Assembly: GCA_040756415.1 (NCBI GenBank)
Contig: JBFLYZ010000003.1
Location: forward strand, 46,943-110,942
Direction of reading: 5' to 3'
DNA length: 64,000 nt
From: Bacteroidota bacterium
GTDB lineage: Bacteria > Bacteroidota > Bacteroidia > JADZBD01
The notes beneath the pieces were generated by a model. The model saw only the letters and a program-made list of their open reading frames with translations, did not search any database and was not told where the DNA came from. This document shows, in pieces, positions 59,646 to 64,000 of the stretch. A program made the translations under genes and the position numbers. Position 1 is the stretch's first letter, and every line of letters starts with the position of its first letter.

Positions 59646-61733
59646 TTGATGAAATTTGTCAATCCCGCCTTCCTATTCGCCCTCTCAGCGATAGCGATCC
59701 CGATCATCATCCATTTATTCAACTTCCGCAAATACAAAAAGGTATATTTTACCAACGTGCGTTTCCTCAGGGAGGTCCAGCAGGAAACGCAGAGCCGCTC
59801 GCGCCTCAGGCACCTGCTGGTGCTGGCCTGCCGCATCCTGGCCCTCAGCTTCCTGGTCTTCGCATTCGCACAGCCTTTTATCCCAGCGGAGAACGCGCAG
59901 GTGGTGGCGGGCGAAAAGGTGATAAGCGTGTACATCGATAACTCTTTCAGCATGGATGCCGTGAACAAGAACGGAACCCTGCTCGATGAAGCCAAAAAAC
60001 GCGCGGCCGAGATCGTATCGGCCTTCAAGGCCAGCGACCGCTTCCAACTGCTGACCAACGATTTTGAAGGGCGCCACCAGCGCCTGGTGAACCGGGAGGA
60101 ATTCCTGGAGATGCTGGACGAGGTGAGGATATCACCGGCCGTGAGGAGCGCTTCCGAGGTCGCTTCACGCATATTCGACCTGCTTTCGGGCGAAACGGCA
60201 GTCCAGAAGAAAGCCTACTTTATCTCCGATTTCCAGAAAACGGTCACGGACCTCGGGCAGGTGAAGAACGACACGGCCGTGCTCTGCACCCTGCTGCCCA
60301 TCACGGCACTGGAAAAAAGCAACGTGTATATCGACTCCTGCTGGTTCTCATCGCCCGTGCGCCAGGCGGGGGTCAATGAGCAGCTTAATGTGCGGATCCG
60401 GAACGTATCGGGCAAAACGCTGGAGAACAACCCGGTCAAGCTCTTCATCAACGGCCAGCAAAAAACTCCGGCCAGCTATAATATAGACCCCGAATCCGAG
60501 ACCACCGTGATGCTTTCGTTCGCCCTGCGCGAAACGGGCATACAGCAGTGCCGCGTGGAGATCAACGATTACCCGGTGACCTTCGATGATAAGTTTTTCT
60601 TCTCTTTCGATGTGGCCAAAAACATACCGGTGATGAGCATCAACTCATCCGATAAGCCGGCCGATGCGGATAACCCGGAGAACCAGAACAAAAGCATCAA
60701 TAAACTTTTCAAAGATTCTCTTTTCCTGCTCACCAATGTGCAGGAGAATAAAGTGGACTACTCCCAGTTGGGCAGCAACAAGCTCATCATCCTCAACGGG
60801 CTGAAGAACATTTCATCGGGCATGGCCCAGGAGCTGAAACGTTTTGTGGATAAGGGCGGCAGCCTGCTGGTCTTCCCGCACGCGCAGGCCGACCTGGGCA
60901 GCTACAAGCCCTTTCTGTCGGCCCTGGGCGCCAACGGCTACGAGCGGCTGGATACGGTCAATACCAAGGTCGACCGGCTGAATTACGAGCACGAGATCTA
61001 CCGCGATGTGTTCGAAAAAAGACCCGATAACATCGACCTGCCCGTGGTGCTGGGGCACTACGCCATAACAAAGAGCACGCGCAGCAACGAGGAATACCTC
61101 ATGCGCCTGCAGAACGGCAATGTGTTCCTGGCCCGTTACGCTTCCGGCAAGGGCAAGGTGTACCTCTGCGCTGTACCCCTGGCGCAGGATTTCAGCAACT
61201 TTACCCGTCATGCGCTCTTTGTTCCCACGGTATACAAGATAGCCGTCTTCAGCCAGGCCGTCCGGCCCCTGTTCTACACGATCGGCCGCGATGAGGTGAT
61301 CGATGTGAGCGCCACCACGCCAAGCGGGGAGAACGTGTTCCATATACGCGGAGAGCAGGAAGGCCCCGGAGGCGGCTTTGACATCATACCCGAGCACCGT
61401 GTGGTCGATAATTCCATTTCGGTTTACGTGCGCGGGCAGGTGCAAAGCTCGGGCAACTATACCCTGTGGCTGGGCGAGAACAGGCTTACCGGGCTTTCAT
61501 TCAACTACGACCGTAAAGAATCGGACCTGAACTGCTATACCGCTGAAGAGCTGACAGCCAAAAAGGACGAGGCCGGCCTGCAGAATTTCTCGCTGCTCGA
61601 ATCGGGCGCCAGGTCGCTCACCGATGTGCTGGCCGAGATCGATCAGGGGAAAAAGCTCTGGAGGACCTGTATCCTACTTGCGCTGCTTTTTTTAGGAACG
61701 GAAATAATGCTTTTGCGATTCTGGAAAACATAG
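59646..61733 (+). CDS. BatA-domain (aerotolerance-regulator N-terminal domain) membrane protein
   Basis: The N-terminal double-TM domain (FVNPAFLFALSAIAIPIIIHLFNFRKYKKVYFTNVRFL...) matches the recalled BatA N-terminal signature. 695 aa with a C-terminal TM. Confidence 0.75.
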   Translation: MMKFVNPAFLFALSAIAIPIIIHLFNFRKYKKVYFTNVRFLREVQQETQSRSRLRHLLVLACRILALSFLVFAFAQPFIPAENAQVVAGEKVISVYIDNSFSMDAVNKNGTLLDEAKKRAAEIVSAFKASDRFQLLTNDFEGRHQRLVNREEFLEMLDEVRISPAVRSASEVASRIFDLLSGETAVQKKAYFISDFQKTVTDLGQVKNDTAVLCTLLPITALEKSNVYIDSCWFSSPVRQAGVNEQLNVRIRNVSGKTLENNPVKLFINGQQKTPASYNIDPESETTVMLSFALRETGIQQCRVEINDYPVTFDDKFFFSFDVAKNIPVMSINSSDKPADADNPENQNKSINKLFKDSLFLLTNVQENKVDYSQLGSNKLIILNGLKNISSGMAQELKRFVDKGGSLLVFPHAQADLGSYKPFLSALGANGYERLDTVNTKVDRLNYEHEIYRDVFEKRPDNIDLPVVLGHYAITKSTRSNEEYLMRLQNGNVFLARYASGKGKVYLCAVPLAQDFSNFTRHALFVPTVYKIAVFSQAVRPLFYTIGRDEVIDVSATTPSGENVFHIRGEQEGPGGGFDIIPEHRVVDNSISVYVRGQVQSSGNYTLWLGENRLTGLSFNYDRKESDLNCYTAEELTAKKDEAGLQNFSLLESGARSLTDVLAEIDQGKKLWRTCILLALLFLGTEIMLLRFWKT

Positions 61734-61743
61734 TTCACCACGG

Positions 61744-62136
61744 ATGACACAGATTTACACAGAGAAAAAAATAAATGAGCTTACCTACGAGATCATTGGC
61801 TGTGCGTATAAAGTGCATTCCGAATTGGGTCCTGGATTACTAGAGTCGGCTTACGAAGCTTGTTTGTTTCATGAGCTGCTGGAAAAAGGATTTGACCTGG
61901 AGAGACAAAAGGAACTTCCTCTTGTCTACAAAGAAGTACGGCTTGATGCCGGGTACCGCATGGACATAGCCGTTGAGAAAAAAGTCCTGATTGAGATAAA
62001 ATCTGTTGACGCTCTTGCGCCCATACATACGGCACAGGTATTAACCTACTTAAAACTCTCTAAATTAAAGCTTGCTTTGCTGATCAATTTCAATACGGTG
62101 AACCTACAACAAGGAATACACAGATTAATTATGTGA
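61744..62136 (+). CDS. GxxExxY family protein (PD-(D/E)XK nuclease-like, PDDEXK_3)
   Basis: 130 aa with the ELTYEIIGCAYKVH motif (GxxExxY variant) and the core EKKVLIEIKSV. Local GC is ~40% against ~57% background. Confidence 0.85.
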   Translation: MTQIYTEKKINELTYEIIGCAYKVHSELGPGLLESAYEACLFHELLEKGFDLERQKELPLVYKEVRLDAGYRMDIAVEKKVLIEIKSVDALAPIHTAQVLTYLKLSKLKLALLINFNTVNLQQGIHRLIM

Positions 62137-62177
62137 TCTGTGAAACTCTGTGTAATCTGTGGTAAAAAGACCTGCTT

Positions 62178-63422
62178 ATGAACCTTCTAATTAAGTCCGC
62201 CAAAGTAACCGACCCTAACTCGCCCTTCAACAACAAGGTAGTTGATATCCGGATCGTCAACGGGGTCATTAAAGAAGTAAAGCCCGGCCTTTCGGAAGGG
62301 AAAGGCGAAAAAGTGTTCAAGGTCAAGAACCTGCACGTTTCTCCGGGCTGGTTCGATATGCAGGCGAACTTCCGCGACCCCGGTTATGAGTACAAGGAAG
62401 ACCTGCTCTCCGGCTGCAGGGCGGCCGCTGCGGGCGGGTTCACCGGTGTGGCCGTGATGCCCTCCACCCTGCCCCCCATACACAGCAAGGCCGAAGTGGA
62501 ATACGTGAAGAACAAGACCAAAGGCAACGCGGTTGACGTTTACCCCATCGGCACGGTGTCGCACAACCTCGAGGGCAAGGACCTTTCGGAGATGTACGAC
62601 ATGCACCTGGCCGGGGCCATCGCCTTCAGTGACGATAAAAAGGCGATCAGCGATTCAGGACTGCTGGTGCGGGCCCTCCTCTACGTGAAGAACTTTGGCG
62701 GCCTGATCATCACCCATTGCGATGACAGGAAGATATCGCTTGACGGGAAGATGAACGAGGGCAAGACCAGCACACGGCTCGGGCTCAAAGGCATTCCCGC
62801 CCTTGCCGAGGAGCTGATGGTGGCCCGCAACATTTACCTGGCCGAATATGCCGGGGCCCGCATACATTTTTCCGATATCTCCACCAAAGGCTCGGTAGAG
62901 CTGGTGCGCGAAGCCAAAAAAAGAAAGCTTAAGGTCACCGCATCGGTCAACGCCTATAACCTGGCCCTCGATGATTCGGTGCTGGAGGGCTTCGACACCA
63001 ATTACAAGACCAACCCGCCCCTGCGTACCCAGGCCGACATCAACGCGCTGAAACAAGGGCTGGCTGACGGCACCATAGACTGCATTACCTCCGACCACGC
63101 TCCCGAAGATGTGGAGAACAAGGTGGTGGAGTTCGATCACGCTGCCTTCGGTATGACGGGACTGGAAACAGCCTTCGCCCTGGCCAATATGAACCGGGGC
63201 AAAATGAGCCTGGCCCAACTGGTAGAAAAAATGGCCCTTAATCCCAGGAAAATACTGGGCCTGCCTGTGCCGAAGATCAGGAAAGGAGAAAAGGCCAACC
63301 TCACCCTGTTCGATCCCGACCTGGGCTGGACGCTGGAGGGAAACGCGGTACGGTCCAAATCGAGGAATACGCCTTTTATGGGAAAAAAGCTCAGAGGGAA
63401 AGCGCTATGGATAGTAAAATAG
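62178..63422 (+). CDS. pyrC: Dihydroorotase (cyclic amidohydrolase superfamily, multifunctional-complex type)
   Basis: 414 aa amidohydrolase. HxH-type metal site region (VSPGWFDMQANFRDPG) and DHAP motif (ITSDHAPE). Confidence 0.85.
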   Translation: MNLLIKSAKVTDPNSPFNNKVVDIRIVNGVIKEVKPGLSEGKGEKVFKVKNLHVSPGWFDMQANFRDPGYEYKEDLLSGCRAAAAGGFTGVAVMPSTLPPIHSKAEVEYVKNKTKGNAVDVYPIGTVSHNLEGKDLSEMYDMHLAGAIAFSDDKKAISDSGLLVRALLYVKNFGGLIITHCDDRKISLDGKMNEGKTSTRLGLKGIPALAEELMVARNIYLAEYAGARIHFSDISTKGSVELVREAKKRKLKVTASVNAYNLALDDSVLEGFDTNYKTNPPLRTQADINALKQGLADGTIDCITSDHAPEDVENKVVEFDHAAFGMTGLETAFALANMNRGKMSLAQLVEKMALNPRKILGLPVPKIRKGEKANLTLFDPDLGWTLEGNAVRSKSRNTPFMGKKLRGKALWIVK

Positions 63423-63451
63423 AACCCTTGTTTGCCGATGAGATCAGCCGT

Positions 63452-63583
63452 ATGAACAGCGGGCAGCAGATGCTGCTTATCATGGTTTTATTGGTAATAC
63501 CGGTTCTGGGTTATTTGATCTATAAGAAATACTGGATTATAGTTGACCGGTGGAGAAATCTAAGAAGGAGAAACCAGCGATAA
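63452..63583 (+). CDS. Hypothetical small membrane protein (43 aa), not in the ORF track
   Basis: Product MNSGQQMLLIMVLLVIPVLGYLIYKKYWIIVDRWRNLRRRNQR: a single TM helix with a basic tail. It begins 30 nt after pyrC. Confidence 0.25.
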   Translation: MNSGQQMLLIMVLLVIPVLGYLIYKKYWIIVDRWRNLRRRNQR

Positions 63584-63650
63584 GCCCCTGAGAGGCAACC
63601 CCCTCGGTATTTCTGCGTCTTTGGATTGAGCTTTAAAAAACTCTGCCCCG

Positions 63651-64000
63651 ATGAAAAAACTCTTTTTCTCAGCCTTTATCCTCTGCCTGATCGTATTGCC
63701 GGCAAAAGCCACTCACATCATTGGCGGGGATATCACGGTAAAATATCTTTCTCCCAATAATTTCCAGGTCACGCTTACGTTCTACCGCGACTGCTCGGCC
63801 GGTACAGCGGCCTTTGATGCCACCATTACCCTGGGCGTATTCGACCTGGTGACCCACGCGCAGGTGCTCACTCCCACCCTCAGCCTGCCGCCTACCGATA
63901 CCCTGGCCCTGGGCGACAGTTGTTACACCCCTCCTAACCTCTGCGTGGAGCGTGCCATTTACCAGGGTAATATCACGCTGCCGAACAATCCCAACGGCTA
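63651..64000 (+). CDS. Secreted protein, N-terminal fragment (runs off the window end); possible gliding/T9SS-cargo-type adhesin family
   Basis: Signal peptide MKKLFFSAFILCLIVLPAKA, followed by THIIGGDITVKYL...FYRDCS. The family attribution is tentative. Confidence 0.55.
   Translation, partial: MKKLFFSAFILCLIVLPAKATHIIGGDITVKYLSPNNFQVTLTFYRDCSAGTAAFDATITLGVFDLVTHAQVLTPTLSLPPTDTLALGDSCYTPPNLCVERAIYQGNITLPNNPNG

Noticed and set aside
62187-63218. Minus-strand ORFs opposite the dihydroorotase gene.
   Set aside because: Shadow ORFs.

Overview
This 64-kb window is a chromosomal segment from a Bacteroidota genome, roughly 55-58% GC. The taxon is inferred from T9SS C-terminal sorting domains, Bacteroidetes-type TAnnTTTG promoter motifs, missing Shine-Dalgarno sequences and the rpoZ/bamD/coaBC/DUF4835 gene neighbourhood. 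Most of the window is core housekeeping: coaBC, rpoZ, bamD, dapA, ligA, prmC, ribD, dnaA, ndk, nrnA, a dihydroorotase, an RluE-like pseudouridine synthase, and an LMW-PTP/RsmI-like pair. It also carries envelope and secretion cargo: T9SS-CTD proteins, a sortilin/BNR protein with an M14 carboxypeptidase, and an S9 peptidase. There is no CRISPR array, no tRNA or rRNA, no transposase and no recognisable defence system. Features worth attention are: (1) a clear adenosylcobalamin riboswitch upstream of a TonB-dependent receptor that is co-transcribed with a Dph6-like PP-loop ATPase; (2) a ~1,500-aa protein built from ~20 tandem 60-aa TPR-like repeats with near-identical 720-bp higher-order DNA repeats; (3) five consecutive secreted FKBP-type PPIase genes; (4) two tandem paralogous Pmp3/YqaE proteolipid fusion genes with a strictly conserved lipoprotein N-terminus; (5) a second pair of tandem paralogous lipoproteins; (6) a low-GC GxxExxY (PD-(D/E)XK-like) cassette bracketed by inverted repeats; (7) an HTH regulator/TIGR02757 operon with a long leader carrying a perfect palindrome; (8) a short (TAGTTTG)n-containing motif shared between two distant intergenic regions; and (9) two unannotated sub-60-aa ORFs.
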